64,000 bases of DNA from Myxococcota bacterium (GCA_965223415.1 OZ245002.1:1504001-1568000), one strand, 5' to 3'; positions 8,089-17,653 are shown, counted from the stretch's first letter. Made by a program: numbers and translations. Notes: a model not told the origin generated them from the letters alone.

Positions 8089-10464
8089 GTGAGCTTCCAC
8101 GTCGCGGCCAGGACCCTGGAGCGCCTCGAGTGGGCGGAGCTGCTGGCGCGCCTGGCCCACCACCTGCGCACACCCCAGGCCCGGCGCCGGCTCGAGGAGG
8201 AGCCGGACTCGATCTTCGAGCCCAGCGCCGCCAGCGCCGTGGCGCGCCTGGCCGAGACCGCCGAGGCCCTGGCCCTCCTCGAGGAGGGCGACGTCCCTCC
8301 CCTCGGCGGCGCCGCGCCGCTCGGGCCCCTCCTCGGGCGCCTCGCCCGCGGCGGCGTGCTCCAGGGCGAGGAGCTCCTGGCCCTGGGCGCGACCCTGGAC
8401 ACGACCCACCAGACCGCGCGCTTCCTGGCCCAGCGCGCCGAGCCCGCCCCTGGACTGGCGGCCCTCGCGGAGCTCCTCGTCCCCTGGGAGGCCCTCGCCG
8501 AGGAGATCGACGACGCCCTGGAGGCCGACGGCCAGGTGCGCGACGCCGCCTCGGCGGAGCTGGCCGCCGCGCGCCGGGAGGTGCGCGAGATCTCCGGCAG
8601 CGCCCAGGAGAAGATCGAGCGCATGCTGCGCCGGCCGGAGCTCCGCGCCGAACTCCAGGACACCTACTTCACCGTGCGAGGCGACCGCTTCGTCCTGCCC
8701 GTGAAGGCGGAGGCGCGCTCCCGGGTGCCGGGCATCGTCCACGACGCCTCGTCGAGCGGCACGACGATCTTCATCGAGCCCCAGGCGCTGGTGGACCTGA
8801 ACAGCCGGCTCAAGCAGGCGGAGCTCACGGTCGCCCGGGAGACGCGCCGCGTGCTCCAGCAGCTCTCGCTCTCCGCGGCCGCCGCCTGCGACGACGTGGC
8901 CGCGAACCTCGAGGTACTGGCGCAGATCGATCTGGCCTTCGCCCGCGCGCGGCTCGCCCAGGAGCAGCGGGCGGTGGCGCCGACCCTCGACCGGGAGGGC
9001 CGTTTCGACCTCCCCCAGCTTCGCCACCCGCTCCTGGCCGACGACGAGGCGGTGCCCAACGACGTGCGGGTGGGCGGCTCCTACCGGGTGCTCGTGATCT
9101 CCGGCCCGAACGCCGGCGGCAAGACGGTGACGATGAAGGCGGTGGCCCTGGCCGCCCTGCTCGCCCGGGCGGGAATGTTCGTGCCCGCCGATCCAGGCGC
9201 GCGGGTCGCCGCCGTGGACCAGGTGCTGGCCGACATCGGCGACGAGCAGGACATCCGCCAGAGCCTCTCCACCTTCTCGGCCCACGTGGCGAACCTGGCG
9301 ACGATCGTGGCGGAGGCGGGCCCGGACAGCCTGGTCGTGCTCGACGAGATCGGCGTTGGAACGGATCCGGGGGAAGGAGCGGCCCTCGCCCAGGCGGTCC
9401 TCGAGCGGCTCGCCGACGCGGGCGCCCGCGTCGTCACCACCACCCACTACAACCTGCTGAAGGAGATGGCGGACGTCGACGACCGCTTCGAGAACGCCTG
9501 CGTCGAGTTCGACGAGGAGACCCTCGCCCCCACCTATCGCCTCAAGCTCGGCACGCCGGGCAGCTCGTCGGCCACCGCCGTGGCCTCGCGCATGGGCATG
9601 CCGAACGAGGTGCTCGAACGGGCCAACCGGCTCCTCGACCGGGAGGACCGGCAGCTCGACAAGATGCTCGCCGAGCTCTCGAACCACCGGGCCGCCCTCG
9701 AGCGCGAGCGCGCCGAGGCAGAGCGGCTGCGCGCCGAGGGAGAGAGCGCGCGCGCGAGCTATCGCGAGAAGCTCGAGAGGCTCCAGGAGCGCCGCGACCG
9801 GCTCTTCGACTCCATGCGCGGCGAGCTCGACGACGCCTTCCGTCACGCCCACGCGGAAGTGGCGGGCGTGATCCGCGACCTGCAACGCAAGGGCTCCGCC
9901 CAAGAGGCGGCCCGCGCGCGGCAGCGACTGCTCGACCTCGAGGAGAAGGCGCGGGAGAAGGAGGGAAGGCAACGCGACCGCACCCCGGCGGCGCCGCGCC
10001 CCCGCATGGATTGGAGCCGCGCCCGCCCCGGCGACGCGGTGCAGCTTCCGGGCGGCCGGGCCGGCACGCTCCAGAGCCTGCCGGACCGGCGCGGGCGCGT
10101 GGCGGTGCAGGCCGGCAGCGCACGGCTCACCCTGCGCGCCGACCAGGTGGAGCCGGCGGCCGCCGGCGCCGTCCCGAAGGCCCGGGGGCCGCGGGTCCAG
10201 GCCGACCCGCCGGCGCCCGGCGCCGCCGCGCGGCTCGACGTGCGGGGCCTGCGAGTGGACGACGCGCTCAGCCGCGTCGAGAAGGCCCTCGACGATGCGG
10301 CGCGCCGGGGCGCGCCGGCCCTCGAGATCGTCCACGGGATCGGCACCGGAGCCCTGCGCGGCGCGATCCGCGAGCTCCTCGCGCGGCTCCCCCACGTCGC
10401 CGGTTTCCAGGCCGCCGACCCGGAGGAAGGCGGAGAAGGCGTGACCCGGACGAGCCTCGCCTAG
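8089..10464 (+). CDS. mutS2: Endonuclease MutS2 with C-terminal Smr domain
   Basis: GIVHDASSSGTT, ISGPNAGGKT, QSLSTFSAH, LDEIGVGTDP, LDVRG..IVHGIGTGAL. Confidence 0.95.
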   Translation: MSFHVAARTLERLEWAELLARLAHHLRTPQARRRLEEEPDSIFEPSAASAVARLAETAEALALLEEGDVPPLGGAAPLGPLLGRLARGGVLQGEELLALGATLDTTHQTARFLAQRAEPAPGLAALAELLVPWEALAEEIDDALEADGQVRDAASAELAAARREVREISGSAQEKIERMLRRPELRAELQDTYFTVRGDRFVLPVKAEARSRVPGIVHDASSSGTTIFIEPQALVDLNSRLKQAELTVARETRRVLQQLSLSAAAACDDVAANLEVLAQIDLAFARARLAQEQRAVAPTLDREGRFDLPQLRHPLLADDEAVPNDVRVGGSYRVLVISGPNAGGKTVTMKAVALAALLARAGMFVPADPGARVAAVDQVLADIGDEQDIRQSLSTFSAHVANLATIVAEAGPDSLVVLDEIGVGTDPGEGAALAQAVLERLADAGARVVTTTHYNLLKEMADVDDRFENACVEFDEETLAPTYRLKLGTPGSSSATAVASRMGMPNEVLERANRLLDREDRQLDKMLAELSNHRAALERERAEAERLRAEGESARASYREKLERLQERRDRLFDSMRGELDDAFRHAHAEVAGVIRDLQRKGSAQEAARARQRLLDLEEKAREKEGRQRDRTPAAPRPRMDWSRARPGDAVQLPGGRAGTLQSLPDRRGRVAVQAGSARLTLRADQVEPAAAGAVPKARGPRVQADPPAPGAAARLDVRGLRVDDALSRVEKALDDAARRGAPALEIVHGIGTGALRGAIRELLARLPHVAGFQAADPEEGGEGVTRTSLA

Positions 10465-10590
10465 GTCATCTACCGACCGGTAGGTAAACGTTTTCCACGG
10501 CAATAGAACGGACGTTCCTCCGGAGCCGGAATTGGATGCCAGGATCCAATTTTTCTTTTTGGAATCCAGCAGTTTCGCGTTTTCTCCCGT

Positions 10591-10607
10591 TCGGCACGAG
10601 GCTTGCT
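10591..10607 (+). promoter_or_regulatory. Sigma54 -24/-12 promoter of the PEP-CTERM gene
   Basis: TCGGCACGAGGCTTGCT (GG-N10-GC), preceded by an AT-rich tract at about 10548-10560. Confidence 0.75.
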
Positions 10608-10647
10608 GAACACCGGGTCGAATCACTTTCCTGGGGAGGAAATCCAG

Positions 10648-11298
10648 TTGGCTCTTCTACGGCATGTGGGACTCGCCGGCGCCGCGCTGCTCCTGTTGAG
10701 CGCGTCGGCCGGTGCCGCGACCATCGACTTCCGCTCGGGCGGTCCGTCGATCTTCCTCGACGGAACCGGCATCCAGGTCACCGTCAGCGGCTGGGGGGGC
10801 TCGAACGACCCCCAGAACCTGATCGACCCCAACAACCCGGTGGCCTCCGGGCTCACCAATCTGGGAACGAACGTCGGCGGCTCCGGCGTATTCGGAACCC
10901 TCGGCGTCGGATGCGGCATCGCCCAGTGCGACCTCATCCTGCCCGCCGGTGAGGACGCGCTGCTGCTCTCGTTCAACACCACGGTCACGATCGACGCGGT
11001 GATCGGCGCCGCCATCGAGGATCCGGACGACATCAGCGTCTGGTCGTGGAACGGCTCGTCCTGGACGCAGGTGGGCTCGGACAGCTGCAGCACCTTCAGC
11101 TTCTGCGGCGGCGAGGAGCCGCTCTCGGGCTTCATCGGACCGACCCAGCACCTGCTGGTCGTGGCGGAGAGCTCCGGCGCCAGCGCCTTCCGGCTTGCCG
11201 AGCTGACCAACGTCGTGGACGTCCCGGAGCCTGGCGCGCTCGGCCTGCTCGGCCTCGGCGGGTTCGGTCTGTACCGCGCAGGACGGCGGCGGGACTAG
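10648..11298 (+). CDS. PEP-CTERM sorting-domain exported protein
   Basis: GGGGAGGA RBS then TTG; signal peptide; C-terminal VPEPGALGLLGLGGFGLYRAGRRRD. Confidence 0.88.
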   Translation: MALLRHVGLAGAALLLLSASAGAATIDFRSGGPSIFLDGTGIQVTVSGWGGSNDPQNLIDPNNPVASGLTNLGTNVGGSGVFGTLGVGCGIAQCDLILPAGEDALLLSFNTTVTIDAVIGAAIEDPDDISVWSWNGSSWTQVGSDSCSTFSFCGGEEPLSGFIGPTQHLLVVAESSGASAFRLAELTNVVDVPEPGALGLLGLGGFGLYRAGRRRD

Positions 11299-11321
11299 GC
11301 GCCCAACACCGGACCGGGTTC

Positions 11322-11358
11322 GAGCGGCCTCCGGGGGGGGTGCACCCGGGGGCCGCTC
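11322..11358. terminator. GC-rich hairpin between convergent genes
   Basis: GAGCGGCCTCCGGG ... CCCGGGGGCCGCTC stem; no strong U-tract. Confidence 0.5.
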
Positions 11359-11363
11359 TGCGT

Positions 11364-12695
11364 TCAGAGAGACTCCGCCAACGCGTCCGCAGCCCGCTGA
11401 CCGCTCGCCACCGCGCCCTCCACCGTCGGAGCGACCAGGTGATCGCCGGCGTAGACGAGGCGGCGCCCCTGGGCGAGCCGATCGGCGACGACGTCGCGCA
11501 GACGGGCGAGCTCCCGGTAGCGGCCGACGTCGAAGCGCGGGAGCGCGTGCGGATGGCGCAGGACCCGGGTGAAGCGCAGGGCCGCTCCCGCGCGGGGCAG
11601 GACCCGCGCCAGGGAGCCCACCAGCGTCTTCTCCACTGCGTCGTCGGGCGCGTCGAAGTGGGCCCGGCTCCAGGCGGCCGTCGCCACGAGCACGGCCCGC
11701 TCACAGCCCTCGGGAGCCGCCTCGCTCCCGGCTCCGCCGGGCTCGACCGCGAGGCTGGCCACCGGCCGCCGCTCGTCGGGGCGGAAGCGGTAGCGCGAGG
11801 CCTTGCCGGCGAAGCTTCCTTCGAGGCCGGCCACGAGCACCAGCGCAGGCTCCGAGCCGCCGGCTTCGAAGCACTCGCGCTCGGCGTGGACGAGCAGCGA
11901 GTCAGCCAGCGGCACCACGCTCTCTGCTGGCGTCGCGATCACGACGCCGTCCGCCTCGAGCGTGCACTCGGTCCCGTCCTGCTCGAAGACGATCCGGAAG
12001 CCGCCGGCGATCGCCTCGACCGCCCGGGCTCGCGCGCCGAAGCGATCCGCCGGATCCACCAGGGCGCCCGCCAGCCGTGCGAAGCTCCCGCGCAGCGTGC
12101 CCACGGGCGCCTCGTTGCGCGCGAGATGGTGGAGGACGAACAGCAGCCGGCTCGCCTCGTCGGGATCCGCCAGCAGGTCGCCGCCGACCAGCGGCGCGGC
12201 CCAGTGTTCGAGCGCGCTGGGGCCGAAGTAGAGGCGGACGAAGTCGGCGACGCTGCGATCGTCGAGCCGCACCGCCGGGAGCGGATCCGCCGGGTCGAGC
12301 AGATGGGCGAACTTCGCCAGGAGCCGGGGAAGGCGCCGGAGCCGGAGCGCGTCTCGCCAGCGCACCCCGGGCATGCGCGCGATCCCGAGCGTCCGCGAAG
12401 GCTCGATCGGGACGGCGGCGCCGCCGCTCACCTGGAACAGCCGCTCGGGTCGCAGGGGCAGGAGCTCCGCGCCGAGGCCCGCTTCGGCCACGAGCCCGGC
12501 GAGGGCGGCGTCGCGGGCGGAGACCGCGTGGGCACCGCCGTCCCAGGCGAAGCCGTCCTGCTCGCCTCCAACGGCCCGCCCGCCGGGGCCGGGCGCCGCC
12601 TCGAGGAGGGTCACCTCGCACCCGCCCGCCCCCAGGCGCCGGGCGGCCGCGAGGCCCGCCAGGCCTCCTCCCACGACGACGACCCGAGAACGCAC
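11364..12695 (-). CDS. FAD-dependent oxidoreductase, amine oxidase / HemY-like family
   Basis: VVVVGGGLAGLAAA..LLEA..GGR; C-terminal AGDH..VEGAVASG. Confidence 0.8.
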   Translation of the reverse strand: MRSRVVVVGGGLAGLAAARRLGAGGCEVTLLEAAPGPGGRAVGGEQDGFAWDGGAHAVSARDAALAGLVAEAGLGAELLPLRPERLFQVSGGAAVPIEPSRTLGIARMPGVRWRDALRLRRLPRLLAKFAHLLDPADPLPAVRLDDRSVADFVRLYFGPSALEHWAAPLVGGDLLADPDEASRLLFVLHHLARNEAPVGTLRGSFARLAGALVDPADRFGARARAVEAIAGGFRIVFEQDGTECTLEADGVVIATPAESVVPLADSLLVHAERECFEAGGSEPALVLVAGLEGSFAGKASRYRFRPDERRPVASLAVEPGGAGSEAAPEGCERAVLVATAAWSRAHFDAPDDAVEKTLVGSLARVLPRAGAALRFTRVLRHPHALPRFDVGRYRELARLRDVVADRLAQGRRLVYAGDHLVAPTVEGAVASGQRAADALAESL

Positions 12696-12775
12696 CCGAC
12701 CTCCCTGCCTCCCACCCGTCCGGAGGCTCCCTGCGGGGGCCGGAAGCGGCCCGGCGCCGTTATAGCAGCCCGGGC

Positions 12776-12800
12776 GAACCAGGTCCGCGGGGGCCGCGTA
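12776..12800 (+). promoter_or_regulatory. ECF-type promoter, probably autoregulatory
   Basis: GAACC-N16-CGTA, 12 nt upstream of the first ATG of the ECF sigma gene. Confidence 0.6.
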
Positions 12801-12812
12801 CTACGCCCAGAG

Positions 12813-13472
12813 ATGATGGAGCTGGCTCTCTCGACCCCGGCAGCCGCCACCCTTCCGGCGCTGCGCCTCCCGGCGGCGGCCGCGCGGCCGGCGCGGCGGT
12901 GGCACAGGGCGGCTTTGATACCGTCGGCCGCAGTGACGTCGGACGAAGACCTGATGGTCCAGGTCCAGGCGGGCGACGAGGCGGCCCTCGAGACCCTGAT
13001 GGGCCGCTACAAAGGCCCGCTGTTCGGCTTCCTCAACCGTCGGGTCGGCTCCTCCGCCGCCGACGACCTGTTCCAGGAATCCTGGATCCGGGTGGTGAAG
13101 GCCCGCGACCGCTTCGACCCGCGGCGGCGCTTCTCCACGTGGCTGTTCCAGATCGCGAACAACCTGTGCCGGGATCGCGGCCGCCACCTGCTGGTCGAGG
13201 CGCGCTACCGGGATCGGGTGAAGGGCGAGGCCCGGGCCGAGCCGGCTCCCCGCAGCGCGACGCCGCCGGGTGCCGAGCGGATCGACATGCAACGGCACCT
13301 GGCCGCCCTGCCGGATCCCCTGCGCGAGATCCTGGTGCTTCGCTACTACCAGGACCTCTCGGAGCGGGAGATCGCCGAGGTGCTGGGCATTCCGCGGGGA
13401 ACCGTGAAGAGCAGGGCGCACGCCGCGGTGAAGGCCCTGCGGAAGCAGGTGGAGGATGGGACCGATGCGTGA
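12813..13472 (+). CDS. ECF RNA polymerase sigma factor (alternative start GTG 12933)
   Basis: SDEDLM, ADDLFQE, FSTWLFQIANNLCRD, EIAEVLGIPRGTVKSR. Confidence 0.92.
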   Translation: MMELALSTPAAATLPALRLPAAAARPARRWHRAALIPSAAVTSDEDLMVQVQAGDEAALETLMGRYKGPLFGFLNRRVGSSAADDLFQESWIRVVKARDRFDPRRRFSTWLFQIANNLCRDRGRHLLVEARYRDRVKGEARAEPAPRSATPPGAERIDMQRHLAALPDPLREILVLRYYQDLSEREIAEVLGIPRGTVKSRAHAAVKALRKQVEDGTDA

Positions 13473-13887
13473 GCCCCGGGACGAGCTCGAGCGGGCGCTG
13501 GCCGAGCTGGCAGCGGAGCTCGACCGCTACGAGGTGGCGGAGCCCAGCGACGCGCTGGTCTCCGCCACCCTGGAGCGGTCGAGCGCTCTGCTCCGCGGGC
13601 CCGTGCCGACACCGCGGCATGCCGCGATTCCCACCGGCTTCAAGCGCGAGCTCACCCGGCTGCTGGCCGCCGCGGCGGTGCCGCTCGTGCTCGTCGTCGC
13701 CTGGAATGCGTTCGTGCTGCTGAACGCCCCCGAGTGGCTCGCCACCTGGCTCCCCGCCTCCCTGGCCTGGGCCCTGCCCGCCGCCTACGTGCTGGGGGCT
13801 GCCGGCTGGCTCGCCCTCGTCTTCGGCAGTCTTCCCCTCGTCGCCCACCGGCGCGCCTGGCAGCGCCACCGAGAGGCCCTTTCATGA
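13465..13887 (+). CDS. Membrane protein with 2 TM helices, putative anti-sigma factor
   Basis: Overlaps the ECF stop codon; short soluble N-terminus followed by two hydrophobic helices. Confidence 0.65.
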   Translation: MREPRDELERALAELAAELDRYEVAEPSDALVSATLERSSALLRGPVPTPRHAAIPTGFKRELTRLLAAAAVPLVLVVAWNAFVLLNAPEWLATWLPASLAWALPAAYVLGAAGWLALVFGSLPLVAHRRAWQRHREALS

Positions 13888-14231
13888 TCGAGAGCAAGCT
13901 GTGTCCCTACTGCGCCGAGGAGGTGCGGTCCGAGGCCATCAAGTGCAAGCACTGCGGCTCCTTCCTGCGCACGCGGAGCTCCACCTCCGATTGGTTCCGC
14001 ACCGCGGACGATCGCATGGTGGCCGGTGTGTGCGGTGGCCTGGCCGTGCAGTTCGGCGTGCCCACCGCCATCGTGCGATTGGCCTTCGTGCTGATGACGC
14101 TCTTCATGGGCGGAGTGGGCATCGTGATCTACGCGGTGCTGTGGGTGGTGATGCCCCTCGACGACTGGGCCGACGAGGTGGACACGGCCCGCCGCGAGCG
14201 CTTCGGCGAGCCACCCGAGTACCGGGGCTAG
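13884..14231 (+). CDS. Zinc-ribbon / PspC-domain protein
   Basis: ATGA coupling; CPYCAE..KCKHCG followed by DRMVAGVCGGLA..VRLAFV..YAVLWVVMP (PspC). Confidence 0.88.
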   Translation: MIESKLCPYCAEEVRSEAIKCKHCGSFLRTRSSTSDWFRTADDRMVAGVCGGLAVQFGVPTAIVRLAFVLMTLFMGGVGIVIYAVLWVVMPLDDWADEVDTARRERFGEPPEYRG

Positions 14232-14291
14232 GAAACGAAGTGTTGCCACCCTCCTGGCAGTAGCGGGCCAGAGCCGCGATAGGCTCTCCCC

Positions 14292-15007
14292 ATGAGCGAC
14301 ACCTTCCCTCCCGCCCAGCCCCACGAGCCCCCGCGCGAGATCCTCCCGGACGTGCTCTTCGTGCACGGGACCATGCGCATGGGACCGGGCATGACCATCA
14401 ACCGCAACATGGTCGCGCTGCGCCACGAGGGCGAGCTGACGCTCCTGAATCCGGTGCGCCTCTCGGCGGAAGGCGAGGCGGCCCTCGAGGCGTTCGGCAC
14501 GGTGCAGCATGCGGTTCGGCTCGGCTGCATGCACAGCCTGGACGATCCCTACACGGTGAAGCGCTTCGGCGCGCGCTTCTGGTGCGCGCCGGGAGCCGAC
14601 GCCGGCCTCGAGCCGAAGCCGGACGCGCTGCTCGAGGCGAGCGCGGAGCTGCCGATCCCCGGGGCCGAGCTGTTCACCTTCCGCGGCGTCCAGAAGCCGG
14701 AGTGCGCCGTGCTCTTCCGGCGCGCCGATCTCCTCGTCACCTGCGACGCGGTCCAGCACTGGGAGAGCACCTCGGGCTGCTCGCTGCTCGGCAAGCTCGC
14801 CTGTCACGCCATGGGCTTCCTGCACCCGGCCAACATCGGACCGCCCTGGCGGCGGATCCAGACGCCGAAGGGAGGCTCGCTCGAGAGCGAGTTCGAGCGG
14901 CTCTCCTCCCTGGGGTTCGAGAACTGGTCGGCGCACACGGCCAGCCGCTCCTGGGCGGCGCGAGCCGGGCGCTGGCGGAGACGGTGACCCGCGTCTACGG
15001 CGCCTGA
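14292..15007 (+). pseudogene. DUF4336 / metallo-beta-lactamase-like protein with an apparent 1-bp frameshift near 14924
   Basis: RNMVALR..LNPVRL..G.V.H.VRLG.MH motifs. The natural C-terminus LVGAHGQPLLGGA...VYGA* lies in another frame. Confidence 0.6.
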
Positions 15008-15042
15008 ACCACAGACGCCGACCCGCGTCTACGGCGCCTGAA
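14986..15042. repeat. 23-bp direct repeat, 2 copies with an 11-bp spacer
   Basis: GACCCGCGTCTACGGCGCCTGAA at 14986-15008 and 15020-15042. Confidence 0.9.
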
Positions 15043-17653
15043 GCCGGGCCGAGAGGCACTCCAGCCCTTCGATCACGTCGTGGAGATCGTCGAAGGGCTC
15101 GAAGGCGATGCCGCGGGTGCCGAGCTCCTCGGCCAGGGTGTCCTTGGCGAAGACGACATCGGCGGCCTCGCTGGCGCACAGGTCGGAGACGCGGCCGTTG
15201 CCCACGTGCACGACGGTGGCCTTCGGGTGGTGGCGGCGGAAGAGCTCGATGCGGCCGCGCTTGCACACGCCGGTACCGCAGCGGCAGCTGGCGTCCGGCG
15301 CACCCGGAGCCAGGCGCCAGCGCCCGTCCTCGTACCAGAGGTGGTTGGCGTCGTAGGCGAAGCGCACGCCGTGGAGCTCCTGGAGCCGGTCGAGGTTGCG
15401 GTCGAAGCCGTCCGAGAGCACCCGGAAGGGCACGCCCCGCTCCTCGCACCAGGCCACCAGGGCGTGGGCGCCGGGCATGGGCTCGATCGTCTTCAGAAAC
15501 GCGTCGAGCCGCTCCTCGGGGAGGTCGAGGCCGTCGAGCAGCTCCATGTTGTACTGCCAGGCGCTGAGCTCGCCGCGGGTGAGCCGCTCCCAGAGCGCGG
15601 CGCGCCCGTCGCTCGCCCAGGTCTTGGCGATGGTCGAGCCGACGTCCTGGACGGCGAAGGTGCCGTCGTAGTCGCAGAAGACGGCGAGGGGAACGTCCCG
15701 TGAGAAGCGAAGCAGGGACGACTCGTGGGGTGCAAGCCGGAGTGCTCCTTCCTTGGGCTGGGCACCGGCGAGGGGCTCGGGCTGCGCGAGCCCGGCGCGC
15801 TCGTGCAGCTCCTCCGCAGCGCGCTCGCGGCTCTCGTCGCCGGCGTTCAGGGCGTAGAGCCAGATCGTGTCCGCGCCCCGTGCCACCGCACCCGTGGCGA
15901 TCTCGCCCTCGGTGAGGCCGGTGGCCCGCACGGCGCCCTGGGCGCCGGCGGCGTCGATCTCCCGGGCCAGGGCGAGGGTGCTCCGAACGCGCACGAGGTC
16001 GTCGTCGGCGAGGGAAGGAAGGTCGTCCGAGACGACGGTCAGGCCGCCGGTCACCGCGATCGCGCCGGCCAGGGCCTCCACCTCGGCCGGGCTCAGCTCG
16101 GTGTCGCGGCTGCGAGCCATCAGGCAATCCGGGTCGTTGATCCACAGCCGGCGGTGCATCCAGGCCCGGGCCAGGATGCTGCGCAGGGCGCCGCGGGTGC
16201 TGGGCAGCGCCTCCTCGATCCCCGGCGGCGCACCGGGCGGCGGCTCCCAGTGGGGCGCCACGTCGGGGCCGATGCGCATGGCGTCGACCACGCCCACGGC
16301 CGCGCCGAGGGGACATCCGCAGCCGAGCAGGAACGCCTCGTCGCCGGCGCCGCGCCGGATCGCCTCGAGGCCGCGGCGCAAGCGGGCGGCGCGGGTAAGC
16401 GTGGGATCGGCGGCCACGGCCTGCATGGCGGCGACGTAGAGGAAATCGAGCTTCAGGTAGCGGAAGCCCATGCCGGCCAGGGCCGCGAAGGTGCGCAGCA
16501 GGTGCTCCGTCACCTCGTCCCGGCTCGGGTCGAGGGCATGCACCCAGCCGTGCTTCGTCCAGGCCGGGTGGAGCAGGCCGCGATGGGGACCGCCCTCTTC
16601 GCCGTGGCTCCCGAGCAGCCACTCCGGATGGGCCCGGAACAGGTGGCTCTCTCCGACGACGCAGAAGGGCGCGGTCCAGATGCCGGGCCGGAAGCCGGCG
16701 GCGCGGATCTCCGCGGCCAGGGGCGCGATGCCGCGCGGGAACTTCTCGTTCGTCTCGAGCCAATCACCGATCGCGTGCTGGTAGCCGTCGTCGAGCTGCA
16801 CCACGTCGACGGAGAAGCGGGAGCGCAGGCCGGAGAGCGCCTCCAGGTTGCGCAGCAGGTCCCGCTCGGTGACGTCGTGGAAGAACTGGTACCAGCTGCA
16901 CCAGCCCGTCGGCAGCGGCGCGCCGGTGCGGGCCCCTCCGCGCCGCCCGAGCTCCTCCGCATAGCGCTCGAGGAGCACGTTCTCGTCGTCGCCGAGCAGG
17001 ACGAGTGCGGGCTCGATCTCGAGGGCGGCGCCCGGATCGAGCGGGACCTCGAGCTGGATCTCGAGCTCCACCCGCACGCCCTGCGCGTCACGCTTCCAGT
17101 AGACGAGACCGCTCCCGAGCCCGGCCTCGAGCAGGCCGACGAGACACGCCCGACCCTGGCCGTCGCAGGCGACGGAGACGAGGGACGACTCGTGCCAACC
17201 GCTGCGGTCCGGCGGCGCCTCGCCGAGCGGGTGATGGAGACCGCGCAGCCAGGGCCCGGACGGAAAGGGAGGCTCGCCCGCCTCGTCGAGGGCGCGGCCG
17301 CCGGTGAACGACCAGGACTGCCATCCGTTCTTCAGGAAGCGCAGGGCATGGGTGTCCGCGCCACTCCAGCGGAAGCCCAACACCACGGACTCGAGATGGA
17401 GCGGCACGTCGGCGAGGTTGCGCACCGAGAGCTGGAGCTCCGCCCGCTCGCCGGCCAGATCCGCCGCGAGGCCCAGCTCGAAGGCGCCGAAGTGCTGGGC
17501 CCCGGCGGCCAGGCGACCCTCGGCCCACTCCAAGGGACCCGCGACCCCGTGCTCGCTACGGTCCGGGAGCCCCTGGGCGTAGCGCACGCCGAGCCGCACC
17601 GGCTCCAGGCGCCCGGCACGCTCGTCCCGGGCGATGGAGACGGCACGGCTCAT
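15029..17653 (-). CDS. GH36 alpha-galactosidase-like enzyme fused to a C-terminal MtnX-like HAD phosphatase
   Basis: NGWQSWS, GWCSWY, QLDDGYQ, YLKLDF, MRIGPDV, NDPD; then FCDYDGT, LSDG, CRCGTGVCK, VGNGRVSDLCA..VFAK. Confidence 0.85.
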   Translation of the reverse strand: MSRAVSIARDERAGRLEPVRLGVRYAQGLPDRSEHGVAGPLEWAEGRLAAGAQHFGAFELGLAADLAGERAELQLSVRNLADVPLHLESVVLGFRWSGADTHALRFLKNGWQSWSFTGGRALDEAGEPPFPSGPWLRGLHHPLGEAPPDRSGWHESSLVSVACDGQGRACLVGLLEAGLGSGLVYWKRDAQGVRVELEIQLEVPLDPGAALEIEPALVLLGDDENVLLERYAEELGRRGGARTGAPLPTGWCSWYQFFHDVTERDLLRNLEALSGLRSRFSVDVVQLDDGYQHAIGDWLETNEKFPRGIAPLAAEIRAAGFRPGIWTAPFCVVGESHLFRAHPEWLLGSHGEEGGPHRGLLHPAWTKHGWVHALDPSRDEVTEHLLRTFAALAGMGFRYLKLDFLYVAAMQAVAADPTLTRAARLRRGLEAIRRGAGDEAFLLGCGCPLGAAVGVVDAMRIGPDVAPHWEPPPGAPPGIEEALPSTRGALRSILARAWMHRRLWINDPDCLMARSRDTELSPAEVEALAGAIAVTGGLTVVSDDLPSLADDDLVRVRSTLALAREIDAAGAQGAVRATGLTEGEIATGAVARGADTIWLYALNAGDESRERAAEELHERAGLAQPEPLAGAQPKEGALRLAPHESSLLRFSRDVPLAVFCDYDGTFAVQDVGSTIAKTWASDGRAALWERLTRGELSAWQYNMELLDGLDLPEERLDAFLKTIEPMPGAHALVAWCEERGVPFRVLSDGFDRNLDRLQELHGVRFAYDANHLWYEDGRWRLAPGAPDASCRCGTGVCKRGRIELFRRHHPKATVVHVGNGRVSDLCASEAADVVFAKDTLAEELGTRGIAFEPFDDLHDVIEGLECLSARLQAP

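Noticed and set aside
5902..10626. 1574-aa minus-strand ORF and many other long overlapping ORFs (e.g. 13785-16763, 36427-39255, 40157-43567, 59729-62233)
   Set aside because: These are shadow frames of well-supported genes. They are Arg/Gly/Ala-rich, motif-free and expected at high GC.
15690..15699. Partial family-B core (GGAACGTCCC) near the GH36-HAD junction
   Set aside because: It is inside coding sequence (RDVP), only a 10-nt match and has no flanking palindrome, so probably chance.
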